DNA from: Eledone cirrhosa
Lineage: Eukaryota
Direction of reading: 5' to 3'
DNA: 64,000 bases
NCBI GenBank assembly: GCA_964016885.1
Contig: OZ024750.1
Span: 50,902,001 to 50,966,000 of the forward strand
Part shown: positions 12,151 through 25,547 of the stretch, piece by piece
Layout of the letters: every line of letters begins with the position of its first letter
How positions within the stretch are numbered: position 1 is the stretch's first letter
Program-made: the position numbers and the translations under genes
The notes under the pieces: generated by a model
Database searches by the model: none
Told to the model about the DNA's origin: nothing
The model's input: the letters and a program-made list of their open reading frames with translations, nothing else

Positions 12151-12742
12151 GAGAAGAAAGAAGAATACTGCGTGGTTGCACATGGGTTACATATGATAAA
12201 ATTAGTCCTTCGTCAGTGATTTGCCAACCATCATTGATATTTCATCGCATTAAAAATCATATACCTCAGGTTGGTGCGAGCAATAACTAAAAAAGCTATT
12301 GGGACAAGTAAATCGCGTAAAGCGAGTGAGACAAGTAAACAACATAGAAGGATAAAAGCAAACCGAAGATAGGAGTATAAACAAGCAACATGGTTATCCG
12401 GTCAGCAAAATCTGGGTGGATTTCATGAGCGATCAAGATACAGACCGTCCGATGTGAGTGAGATGTGAGCAAGAGGAGACCCCAATACTAGCCAAACGGG
12501 AGGAAGTGAGAAGGGGAGAAACAGAGAGTGAGTGAGTGGAAGTGGGAGGAAGAGGTCAGTCGAGAGAAAGTTTAACTGACAGAGGGGGCGAAAGAAGGTG
12601 AGAGCAACAGAGAGAACGGGGAAGCAGTAAGAGAGAAACAGACAAACGCAGCCGAGGTAAATATATATAAAAAACATGAGAAGAAAGAAGAATACTGCGT
12701 GGTTGCACATGGGTTACATATGATAAAATTAGTCCTTCGTCA
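12148..12742 (-). mobile_element. Non-coding element with 68-bp terminal direct repeats (527-bp period)
   Basis: CATGAGAAGAAAGAAGAATACTGCGTGG...CCTTCGTCA at 12148 and 12675; minus-strand CTGACGAAGGAC half-core without a matching GAAA. Confidence 0.55.
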
Positions 12743-13253
12743 AGGACTATATATATATATACGGCCCTATAACTCCTAATGGAGCCTTGGACATCTTTTT
12801 CTAGTTCTGAACACAGTTGATTTCTTTCAGAAAGAGATAGAAAGCGAAAGGGAGTGAGAGAAAGCTATATACAACCCACCCTATTATTAGTCTGGTACTA
12901 TATTTAACTAACTCGAAACAATGAAAGACAAAGTTGAACTCGCGGCACGTAAAGTCTGAAAGCATACCACAAAACATTCTATCCGTTAATTCTAATGATT
13001 CTGCCAATTTTTCTTCCTGTCAATAATAAGCATATGCAAATATAATTAATATCTTCTTAATCATACATGTATATATACTATTTTGAAAATAGATATATAT
13101 ATATATATCTGTTGGCATATACATGAAAGACTGCTTAAGGTTCACTTCATATGTATGTTGTATACATATTCATATAAAGAAAATGAGAAAATATTCACAT
13201 ATATACACATATATACACGAACATATAAATTACAAACACAAAAACCCGGCAAC

Positions 13254-13318
<65 letters not shown>

Positions 13319-13402
13319 GAAGTTGTATTTAATTTGTTGGGATACAACAAGCAAATATTTTTATAACTGATATAAAGCACTCAACAAATTTTTGGAGTAA
13401 AA

Positions 13403-13536
13403 ATACAATATATTAACAAATGGAAACTATATTTATAAAACCATATTTATTTCATTATACATATTTCAAGGACACCTTGAAATATGTATAATGAAATAAA
13501 TATGGTTTTATAAATATAGTTTCCATTTGTTAATAT

Positions 13537-13543
<7 letters not shown>
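13403..13543. repeat. Perfect palindrome (69-bp arms, 3-nt loop) from family C element
   Basis: Arms checked base by base; centre TTTCAAGG-ACA-CCTTGAAA. Confidence 0.9.
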
Positions 13544-13600
<57 letters not shown>

Positions 13601-13949
13601 GTGTGAAATGTGTGGTCTTGTTTTGCTTAACTAATGAATATATATATATATATACACACACATACACACACACATCTATATATATATATATATATATATA
13701 TACTATATACACAGATACACACACACACACATATATATATACGCACACACACAAACGCATACACACATACACACGCACACACATATATAAATATATATAC
13801 ACATACACACAGACACACACACACACATATATATATATATACGCACACACATACGCATACACACATACATATGCATACACACATACATATATATATACAC
13901 GCATACATACGCATACACACATACATATATATTCACACACACACACACA

Positions 13950-14008
<59 letters not shown>

Positions 14009-14040
14009 ACACATATATGTATATATATATATATATATAT
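13541..14040. repeat. Compound (TA)n/(CA)n microsatellite
   Basis: Direct reading; source of many spurious YI/HT ORFs. Confidence 0.95.
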
Positions 14041-17000
14041 GGTGGTACCTTTGTATATATTTATATAGAGAAAGAGATAGCGGGGGAGAGAAAGAGAAGT
14101 AGATATAGCAGATTTGCACACTTTAGAATATTTTGTTTTATATGGATTAGTACTACATAGATCAAACTTCCTGTAATTGAGTATATGTGTTAGTGTCTTC
14201 CAAATGATATACATACAGTACTTTTATAACCTAGATATCATTCACTCTCGAGTCTTTCACTCTCATATGACAAATGAAATGCTATGAACATTAATTGAAC
14301 TTAATTACATAAAATTACATTTGTGGTTATATTATCTCTTTGGAAGTCTCTCCCCAGTTTGAAATTATTGTAGATAATAAAATTAGACGGAATTCTCTTT
14401 GAAATTCTATCGAACATTGTGAATTATAAAATTTATATTAGTATTTATGATTGCCACAGACGCCAATTACACACGATGCAGGCGGACAAGGCGTTCTTTT
14501 ATTTGCTTCATTTACATGCTGTCAATACGGACTTCATAGTGTCTCTTTTTGTGTATAAATAACAAATATAAACATTAGATTTCGGTGGCAAAGACAAAAA
14601 AAAAGAGACAATAGTGAAATCGAGTCATTGGAAATTCTTGAAAATTAGGTTTAGTAAAACATTATTATGAATATTCCAAGATGGTCCCAGCTGGCTGACT
14701 AGCCTATTGTAGTTCAAATGAAAGACAATAATGTCGATAAACCACCAATGGCGCTATACAATGTGTATGGTTGATACGCTGAAAACTCGCTGACAGCCTG
14801 ACAAACAACACGTTTTCCTTTAAATTAACAGACGGGATTGATAAGGCTAACGCCATCAAGCAAGGGATAGTTTGTAAATAAATGTACTTTTAATATTTAA
14901 ACAGAGAATTGGCAGAATTGTTAGAGAATTTCATGGTTTTAGAACTGATAAATAATGTAACACTCTAGAAGTGGCAGAACTTTTAAAGGGTCTGTTTTGA
15001 TGTGTGGTATTCAATCTGGATCTGTGCAATCTGACTTCAGATCAAACGGGATCAACTATTCCTTACCGTTTAATACCTCGTGTAGCGTCAAATTATCAAT
15101 TGAGTCGATAAATAAAGTTCCAGTCCAAGGTTGTGAATTTCTTAAAGTATCTGACGAGGTGATTTGTTTCGAATCTGTTCATTCTAATTTCAAATCCCGC
15201 CGAGGTACAATTTGCTTTTCATCCTTTCGGGACCGTTCTACTAGAGGGTGTTAGGCAGAATCATTAAAGAGCCTTCTGAGATGCCATCATCTTCTGCCAA
15301 GATCTGCCAGCGGTAGATAGTATCCAATGAAAAGACCAATGAAAACATGATTTTCTTTGACCCATTTGACGTATGACACTTTTCCTCGTCTTTTTTTAAA
15401 TTTATTTTTCTTAGTCCTCAGTATTGTATTTAGATAATCATGTCTTACCTTACACAACAGCGAATTGCTTTTATAGCGTAGGGAAAATAATGCCTTGTGA
15501 TATTTGTTTCAGCTATCTACATTCCCATTTCAAACCTAGTGTGAGTCAACTTTCAATTTCATTCTCTTGAGATCGATGAAATAATTCAACATCAGAGAGT
15601 TGGATTACCGGAACTGATAGAGCAACGGACGAGATACCGAATGCTGTGTCTTCTGGTTCTTTTCTTTCTGAGTTCAATTTCGACATTTACAAATACTTAT
15701 GTACACGTCATCGTTGTTTATTTTTGCTGTTGTTGCTTTTGTTATCGTTGTTGATGTTGTTGTAAGCAAGGTTTTTTAAAATACCTATTCTCAAAATATT
15801 GATTTATTGCAGAGAACCATGCCTTAAATGATTTTAGAGGGACGTAATCGATTATACACGTCTCGGCATTTGATTAATACTCATTGTATAAACCCTGGTA
15901 GGATGAAAGGCCAAACTGACTTTGGTGAGACTTGAACTTAAAACATCCTGCTAACTAACAAAGTAAAACTTTGTCAATCCATTGCCCTAGGTCCATGAAA
16001 TACTGGAATGTATCATGATTGAATTATTGTGATGTATTTCGTAACTCAACTTTTGTGTCGTGTCAAATTGCAATGATGTAAACTGTAATAAATTGTAATA
16101 CATAGCTTGACCAATAAATAATCGAAAGGTTAATTGCGTATGGAGCAAAGCAGCTACTTAATTTAAATCTTCTGTATTCATTATAAACTATAAATCTGTT
16201 TATAATTAATATATTATATATTCATTACAAACATATTTACAGGCGGGGAATTAACAAATTTGTCTGAGTTTCGGATTATATAGCTCAGTATTTTCTCCGG
16301 TTCTCTGCAACTTAAATCCTGACGAGGTCAAACTTGCTTTTGATCTTTTCGGGGGTGGATTAGTGAAACTATTAGTTCCTTGGCGCTATCTCTTCCGGCT
16401 CTGTACATTCTGAGTTCAAATTCCGCTTTCCGTGGCCGGATTAGCAGTTGCGTTCCTGGCAGGAATTGTTCCCAAGAGATAGTATCAGCAATTGAATGAC
16501 CAATGAAAAATATTTTTGTTGGTTCTATCTGCTGAGTTTGGCCACAATTACTGATATCTCCAGTAGTTACGCAGAGGCTGCCCAGCGGGTTACTAGTGGT
16601 CAACCCTGCCAATACGTGCCTAGCAACCTGGTCTACAACATCGCAACGAAACATCGACTTGTCAACTGCTCGTCCCTTAATCCCATTGAATCAGTCACAT
16701 TCAATGGATAACTGCCCCTACTATAATATAATCAATAACGTTTTTGTTTGAAATAGTCTGAGAAATGTCGATTCCGTCCATTGTATATGTTTGTATAAAA
16801 TTCAATGGCAAGAAACTAAATCACTAATACTATGACAGCTGATGTAGCTTATGCTGAATTCGTTATGAATATACTTTGTACAATTGAATTGTAATTTGAA
16901 ATCTACGGTGAGTAGAGTTAGAAACTTTTCTTATAACTGTTCCTTTGTCACATAATATAACTATGTCAAGAATGTACATTAATAGACAATAAAGCATTTT

Positions 17001-20000
17001 ACTTATAGTAAATCTCATATGTCAGAAACGTCAGTTTACTGGAAATTCAAATTTAGTCTACGGAAGTGGGCATATATATTCTATAGCTTAAAAGAGAATC
17101 TAATTATTTCTCTTCATTTTATGGAACCCACGATGAATTAAAGTCAATGTAATTATAGTTAGGATTCCATAATTGATTCCTTCCACTGTCACTTGGCTTA
17201 CAGTGTAAGTCTGAATCGTATTCTATAAATCCCAGAGGATAAAGTAAAAGACCAACAAATTTACATTCAGAATTGTAAAGCATGTATTTTGGTAATTTAT
17301 CGCTTCTATCCCAATCAGTAACACCACATTTTACTCCGATAATAAACTGATTTTCATATGCCTAGGCTAATTTACATATTTCGACATGTGTAATGTAATT
17401 AGAAGGCAACATGGGAACGTATAAACGGTTTAAATATTTGAGTTGCTGTCGTCTTTAATCTTGAAATTTAAGGCAAATATTAATTTGACTTACATCAGGT
17501 GTAAACTCCAGTTGTACAACTTAATTACTTTAGATGTATCACATAAGGTATCTTACTTCTCACTTCTGTTCTTCTAAACCTAAAATATATTTAGGTAATC
17601 ACACAAAAACCGGTTGCCAGAACCAATCTAGAAAAATACCTGATTATCTCTGAAACATTAACATACTAATCGAGATATTGATTAACAAACTGTCTCTATT
17701 TCTGCAAAAAGGACGCTGTGGGTGTTGTCCTATAACCATTCCCTTAGAGCAAGATTTATCACCCTGTGGCCCCAGCCGAAATAGATCCAACGATAGATAT
17801 TCATTTTGGTCTGTCGCTCATTGCATTGCGACCTATGTCCGAAACTTTAGTAACAGAGTCTTTAGCCATGACATCTGGATAGGAGAGATGTGGTTTTCCA
17901 AATCACTAAAGGAATCACAGCTCCATTTGAGTTGCAATGTCAATGTCTTGCACCCCCCCCCCCCCCCCTATTTCAGACAATACCAGAAATACGAGGGAGA
18001 CATTGATATATTTTTCTAAGAGAAATATATGAATGAATCCTTGAGTTCGACGAAGCAAGGATGAAGTGATTTTGTTGTTGATAGTAAGTGTCCATATTTA
18101 ACTATCAATTCCAACAGAGAGAAAATAGAACAATGAGAGATAAAAAATGATAGAGAAGAATAGATAATAGTATTTGACTTGTATTTTATTTATCGACACC
18201 AGAGGAGGAAAGCCAACGTTGGACTCATAGCCTCGGAGAACTTGAACTTAGAGCTCAGGAACACTATTCTATCTAACGTTCTAACAATGTTGTCCATTCA
18301 GCGGCACACATTTATAGACTAAGAAAATTAGAATTCTGTAGAAAATGGTTGCTTCATTGGAGAGACTGGTATATATTTAAAGTAGAGAACAATACAATTA
18401 TATGAAATTTCCGTATCGCTAAAGGGCATACGTTTCTTTTATAAAGTGAATTGAATTTAATCAGAAATTAGGCTCACGTTGATAGAAGATGACATGCTGG
18501 AATAACTTGTTGGCTATCTAACTAAATATTACTTTACAATATTTAGCATTCCATTATTGGTTTTTATCCCGAGGCACTATAGTGGAATAGTGAAAATATA
18601 TCACCTTTCCTTTTCAAAAATATTGTAAACGCATGAGCCAACGCTGCTCTATACAACTGCCAGAAAAAGTATCCATGTTATTTGCTAGAAGATATTTGTT
18701 TACAGGATTGTACTCTGAAAGATGGATTAAACAACGGCAGCTACAATAACTGTACCAAGGTGATCTACCAACAATTTGCAGTACTTTATTTTGTTACATA
18801 AAATACGTTTTCCATCAAACAATACCAGATACGTTTCAGGGTGCAATACATCATGTCCTGAACGACGAAATGTTTTTTTTTCCGAAACGTTAGAATTCTC
18901 TTCGTCCCCACGACAATATAATTTATTCCATTTTTATTTACCTCGGATTTCTACGGTTTAGTTTTAAAATGACCAAATATATTAAATGTCTCGAATCGAA
19001 ACTATACAATGTCTTTATTTTATTCTGTATAATAAGAATGAGAGCATTGGATCAGCACCATGGTTGAGTTTGTGCTGTATTCCGGTGCCTACATTTACAA
19101 TCTGGGTCCAAATCGTGCAAATATCGATTTGGCTTTCATCCATCCGTGTTACTCGTTAAGTAATGGGCTGCACCCTATGGACAGGGGCCTATGTAAGAAA
19201 GCACTATACTGTTAAGATAAGAAGATTCCAATGTGAGGTTAATATATCAATACGGTTATCGTGTATGTAACAGAGATGATTTGTAGTTGTTATTGTTTAT
19301 TGTTTATGCCCGAATCACATTTGATCAATGCGTTCCAGCCATGCCAATCATCCTTTCTAATTTTCGAACAATGAATCCAAGCTCTATTATCCAATGGGAA
19401 TGTTTTTACTATTTCTAGCGGATCAACTGACCACGTAGAGGATCATATGTCTACATCTGGCATTGAAGTGTTCAAAAGATCTTGCAGTGAATCAGTGGGA
19501 AAATGTTCATTTATAATGTCCCAACTTCAAACCATATGAATATTTGAATAACCAATTCCAAGCTATCAAGATCTACCTTAGACGTAGGTGCTGGTGCGGA
19601 GAGATTATAAAATGAAGAGAAATAAAATTGATTTTATATACAATAATATAGTAGGAAGTTGCCTTTCGTTTCTTGGAATATACTGCAATGAAATAATCAT
19701 CATCCCAAGAGGATACATCCATATAACAACATAAAACATCACAAAATATTTTCTTCTTACTCGTCATAAGAGAAACACAATAATATTTAAGATTTTACGT
19801 AAGGGCAGGAAATGAATTCTCATAAATATATTCATGACACAATCCTATTAAAATTTCGATAGATCTATGGAATAATTTCATAAATCAATATATAACTCCA
19901 TGTGTTCTTGCTAGCATTCTGAAATATCGGGACAGGATAGCGTACAAGGAGCCGTCGACGTCACACTATCTCTGTTGGCAGAACCTCACTCTCATGCAAA

Positions 20001-20113
20001 GTACTGAAGTACAAACGACATTTCACACAGATTGAAGTTCACAACTTCTAAGTTTCATATATCGTACACTGTTAATTGATCCTTTGAGGATAAATAATTG
20101 GCCGGGACAGCAA

Positions 20114-20910
20114 AGTGTGTGTAAGTGTGAGTGTGTGTGTGTAAGTGTGTGTGTGTTTGCGGGAGTGTGTGTGTGTTTGCGTGAGTGTGTGTGTATGTGA
20201 GTGTGTGTGTGTGGTGAGAGTGTGTGTGTGTGAGTGTGAGTGTGTGAGTGCTGAGTGAGTGAGTGTGTGAGTGTGAGTGGGTGTGTGTGCGAGTGTGGGT
20301 GTGTGTGTGTGTGAGCGTGTGTGTGTGTGAATGCGTGTGCGTGTGTGAGTGTGTGTATGAGTGAGTGTCAGTGTGTGTGTATGTGAGTGTGAGTGTCGGT
20401 GTGTGTGTGAGTGTTAGTGTGTGTGTGAGTGTGTATGAGTGTGTGTGTGAGTGTGTATGTGTGCGTGAGTGTGAGTGTAAGTGTGAGTGTGTGTATGTAA
20501 GTGTGTGTGTGTGTGTGCGTGAGTGTGAGTGTGTGTAAGTGTGTATATGTGTGTGTGTGAGTGTGAGTGCGTGTGTGTGTGAGTGTGTGTGTGTGTGGTG
20601 AGAGAGTGAGTGTGTGTGAGTATGAGTGTGTGAGTGGTGAGTGAGTGTGTGTGTGTGAGTGTGAGTGTGTGTGTGCGAGTGTGAGTGTGTATGTGAGTGT
20701 GAGTGTGTGTATGTGTTAGTATGCGTGTGTGTGTGAGTGTGTGTATGAGAGTATATGTGTGTGAGTATGAGTGGGTGTGTGTGTGTTAGTGTGTGTGTGT
20801 GTGTGTGTGTGTGTGAGTGGTGACTGACTGTGTATTGAGTGAGTGTGTGTGTATGTGAGAGTGTGTATGTGTGTTAGTGTGAGTGTGTGAGTGTGAGTGT
20901 GTGTGTGAGT
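20114..20910. repeat. Degenerate (GT)n/(GAGT)n microsatellite
   Basis: Direct reading. Confidence 0.95.
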
Positions 20911-20991
20911 ATTACACAGTCAGCTTCAAGAATATTCAACATATGTTGTTTTGAAGCTGCTCTTTGAATGACAAATACAGATCAATTATCA

Positions 20992-21333
20992 CAGTTGAGT
21001 GCCAGTTGAGTGCCAGTTGATTGCCAGTTGAGTGCCAGTTGAGTGCCAGTTGACTGCCTGTTGAGTGCTAGGTGAGTGCCAGGTGAGTGCCAGTTGAGTG
21101 CCTGTTGAGTGCATGTTGTGTACCTGTTGAGTACTAGGTGAGTGCCAGTTGAGTGCTAGTTGAGTGCCAAGTGAGTGCCAGGTGAGTGCCAGTTGAGTGC
21201 CAGTTGAGTGGCAGTAAGGTAGCCAGTTGAGTGCCAGTTGAGTGTCTATTGAGTGCCAAGTGAGTGCCAGATGAGTGCCTGTTGAGTGCCACTTGAGTGC
21301 CAAATGAGTGGCACTTGAAAGTCAGTTGAGTGG
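20992..21333. repeat. 11-bp minisatellite GAGTGCCAGTT
   Basis: About 30 diverged tandem units. Confidence 0.9.
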
Positions 21334-21422
21334 AAGGGAGCAAGACGTAATAAGGACAACACGCAACTTCGGTAATCAAACTCCCGTAAGCCGAACACCC
21401 AAACCACTAAGGTATTGCTTGA

Positions 21423-23090
21423 TTGCAATATTGCAGTGATAACATTGACAGTGACATCTGTAGTGCACTATTACAATATTACAGTGATAACATTGACATC
21501 TATAGTTCACTATTACAATATTGCAGTGATAACATTGACAGTGACATCTGTAGTGCACTATTACAATATTACAGTGATAACATTGACAGTGACATCTGTA
21601 GTGCACTATTACAATATTACAGTGATAACATTGACATCTGTAGTTCACTATTACAATATTGCAGTGATAACATTGACAGTGACATCTGTAGTGCACTATT
21701 AGAATATTGTAGTGATAACATTGGCAGTGACATCTGTAGTTCACTATTACAATATTGCAGTGATAACATTGACAGTGACATCTGTAGTTCACTATTACAA
21801 TATTGTAGTGATAACATTGACAGTGACATCTGTAGTTCACTATTACAATATTGTAGTGATAACATTGACAGTGACATCTGATGATCACTATTACAATATT
21901 ACAGGGATAACATTGAGAGTGACATCTGTTGATCACTATTACAATATTACAGTGATAACATTGACGATGACATCTGTTGATCACTATTACAATATAACAG
22001 TGATAACAGTGACAGTGACATCTGTAGTGCACTATTACAATATTACAGTGATAACATTGACAGTGACATATGTAGTTCACTATTACAATATTACAGTGAT
22101 AACATTGACAGTGACATCTGTAGTTCACTATTACAATATTACAGTGATAATATTGACAGTGACATCTGTAGTTCACTATTACAATATTGTAGTGATAACA
22201 TTGACAGTGACATCTGTATTGCACTATTACAATATTACTGTGATAACATTGACAGTGACATCTGTATTGCACTATTACAATATAACAGTGATAACATTGA
22301 CAGTGACATCTGTAGTTTACTATTACAATATTGCAGTGATAACATTGACAGTGACATCTGTAGTGCACTATTACAATATTGCAGTGATAACATTGACATT
22401 GACATCTGTAGTTCACTATTACAATATTACAGTGATAATATTGACATTGCCATCTGTAGTTCACTATTACAATATTGTAGTGATAACATTGACAGTGACA
22501 TCTGTAGTGCACTATTACAATATTACAGTGATAACATTGACAGTGACATCTGTAGTGCACTATTACAATATTACAGTGATAACATTGACAGTGACATCTG
22601 TAGTGCACTATTACAATATTACAGTGATAACATTGACAGTGACATCTGTTGATCACTATTACAATATAACAGTGATAACATTGACATTGACATCTGTAGT
22701 TCACTATTGCAATATTGTAGTGATAACATTGACAGTGACATCTGTAGTTGACTATTGTAATATTACAGTGATAACATTGACATTGACATCTGTAGTTCAC
22801 TATTACAATATTGCAGTGATAACATTGACATTGACATCTGTAGTTCACTATTACAATATTACAGTGATAACATTGACAGTGACATCTGTAGTTGACTATT
22901 GTAATATTGTAGTGATAATATTGACAGTGACATCTGTAGTGCACTATTACAATATTGCAGTGATAACATTGACAGTGACATCTGTAGTTCACTATTACAA
23001 TATTACAGTGATAATATTGACAGTGATATCTGTAGTTGAGTATTGTAATATTACACTGATAACATTAACAGTGACAACATCTGTTGTGTA
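21423..23090. repeat. 48-bp minisatellite (TTACAATATTACAGTGATAACATTGACAGTGACATCTGTAGTGCACTA), ~35 units
   Basis: Direct tandem periodicity; a few 42-bp units with a 6-bp deletion. Confidence 0.95.
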
Positions 23091-23217
23091 CTAGACATCT
23101 GTCACTATTTAGTTTCTTTCCTATACGTTAAGGGCTCAGATCTCACTGTAATTTCGTCATTCATTCCTACCTATTAATCTATTAAAAGTCAGTTTAATCA
23201 TCATTATCTGCTCCACT

Positions 23218-23405
23218 ATGCGGTGAATTAGCAGTATCAGTAGAAGGTCGGTCGCTATGCTTTGCAGCATAGAATTATGCCCCTTTAAGTTCTGAGTTCA
23301 AATCCCGCCAAGGTTAATTTTGCCTTTCATCCTTACGCGGTCGATAAAATAAAGTTCCAGTAATGCACTGTGATAATTGCTGGCCTTGTGCCAAATGTAG
23401 AAAAA
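23218..23405 (+). mobile_element. tRNA-derived SINE (MetaSINE-like core)
   Basis: CTGAGTTCAAATCCCGCC...TTTGCCTTTCATCCTTACG.GGTCGATAAAATAAAGT.CCAG. Confidence 0.8.
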
Positions 23406-24839
23406 ATCATTTGCTCCTGAAAATGTAATATTTGTAACAGATCAAAGTTTCGTTTCAAACGTTATTTCACCGTAACCTCCATTTAATTATTTCTGATTCT
23501 CTGAGCAATTAGATGTCTTCTGTAGGACCCCGTCTCTATTACAAATGAGTTAAAATTTCTTCGATTTGGGTTGAAAAGAAAAGAAAAGGTGACGAATTAG
23601 AAGAGTCGATATAGCCCTGGTTTAAATATCTTCGTATTTATTCAGACTTTAGACGCTCTGGGATCATATTCAACCACGGTTAACTTTGCTTTTCATCCGT
23701 TCGTGGTCGATAAATAATGTACAAGTCCATGAGCGGTCGAGGAGTGGCAGAATTAGTAAGATTTTCTGTGTACTCTGAGTTCAATTCCTGTTTCATCTCA
23801 CGGAGAAATCGGTTAAGGCTCAGTCTAGAAATGCAGCCGACAGATATCAGCACGAAATATTTCCTTCGTCCGGCTATTGACTGCTGCTTTTACTCTTGTG
23901 GGATGGGGAGAGGGGAGAAGTTTGCGAACACCGTGGGATATTAAGTAAAACTCAAACAATAAAAGACCTTCACCTGTCTTTCCACAGAGCTTTAAAGCAG
24001 TAGCACTAAAGTCGTGTCATGAGGCAAGGCATGGACATCACGCCATCCCCATTTCACATCACTATTTTAACCAAACCATTAATAATTTACAATTTGTATG
24101 TTGTTGCTCTTTTTTGTTTTGTTTATGTTTCTCGCCGATTGAACTGAATTCTAAAGTAAAAATAATCTATCGGTCGATATGGATAATCATGCTCTGCTTT
24201 AGAATTATCTTGTTAAGAACTTCCTCTACTAAGAGAACGTTTAAATTGAATGTGGTTGTGGAGTTCTGTTCAACCGAGATTTTTTTAAACATGAGAGTAA
24301 TTTTATTCGAGTATAATCTAATTTTTATATAAATTTTTGACGAAATTAACCCCAAAGTTTCAATTGTTATATCTGTTTTTGTTTCTTTGTTGCTTTCTTT
24401 TCTGCCTTTTAATAAAGTTTTTGCTAAAATTTGTTGGCAAAGGTGAACAGTTTTTTTTTTCTCAGCCTGATATGGTATAATGTAACATTAATATAATATA
24501 ACATAATGTAATATAATACAATATAATATAATGTAATATATAATATATAATATAATATATAATAAAATATGATACATAGTATAATGTATAATATAATATA
24601 ATATAATATAATATAATGGATAATAATACAATACAATATAAATACATAACATAATGTAATATAAAATATAATTTAATATATATATGTGTTATTTCAAAAT
24701 ATTTTTCACATACGTTTCCAGCTCCCAAAATACCATACTCTCCTCTCAATGGTAGTGGTAGTATAGCACACTATATAGCTGATTTTTATTCTGATATATA
24801 GGTATGTTTATTCATAGATGTGTATTTGAAGTAAACACA

Positions 24840-24887
<48 letters not shown>

Positions 24888-24931
24888 CAAAATATTAATA
24901 AATGAAGACGTTCACATAATCAAAATATATG

Positions 24932-24995
24932 TTTTAATATATATATTTCAGAGGTACTGTGCTATTTTTTCAGTACGACCTCATCAGATAAAATA
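24932..24995 (-). ncRNA. Type-I hammerhead (family C-related)
   Basis: Minus strand TTTTAT-CTGATGA-GGTCGTACTG...CAGTACCTCT-GAAA-TATATA-TA-TTAAAA. Confidence 0.7.
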
Positions 24996-25442
24996 CATGA
25001 ATTGATGTACGACATACCTCAACTGTCTTGATGGTTTAATTTCAGTTTTGGCAGTGATATTTTACAACAAAACTCTATGTTTATATACCACAAGAAGGAA
25101 TAAGACGACAAACTAAATATGATGAAGAGAGGGATGTGGAGCGAGATATAAGTATCAAGAGGGGATGGGTATGGGAAAATATAGAATAAATAAATAAACA
25201 CATAAGTACATACATGTTAAAATATTTAAATATTCATGTTAGAGAAGAAACAGAAGAGAGAGAGAGAGTGCTAAATAGAAGAGAGAGGAGGGAAAGAAAA
25301 AATATGAAGATAAAAAGAAGGGGGAGAGGGAGATAAAAGAGAGGATGGAATACATAACTGCAACAAGAAAGAAAGAAAGAAAGAAAGAAGAAAGGGACAA
25401 GATGCGTGACACTTGTATATAATATATATATATATATATAAA

Positions 25443-25495
25443 TCCCCAGATTCATGGACGAGTTCTCTCCAGCGGTCTCTGTCCCTCATTATCGC

Positions 25496-25502
<7 letters not shown>
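25443..25502 (-). mobile_element. Very short RTE-like LINE 3' end within (TA)n
   Basis: MRDRDRWRELV matches the RTE C-terminal DRxxWR motif. Confidence 0.45.

Positions 25503-25547
<45 letters not shown>

Noticed and set aside
19573-19767. Minus-strand hydrophobic frame faintly like a GPCR helix
   Set aside because: Short, stop-bounded, no good splice pair, and no recognisable family motif.
21423-23090. Regular partly palindromic repeats resembling a CRISPR array
   Set aside because: Units are contiguous with no unique spacers, there are no cas genes, and the context is eukaryotic.
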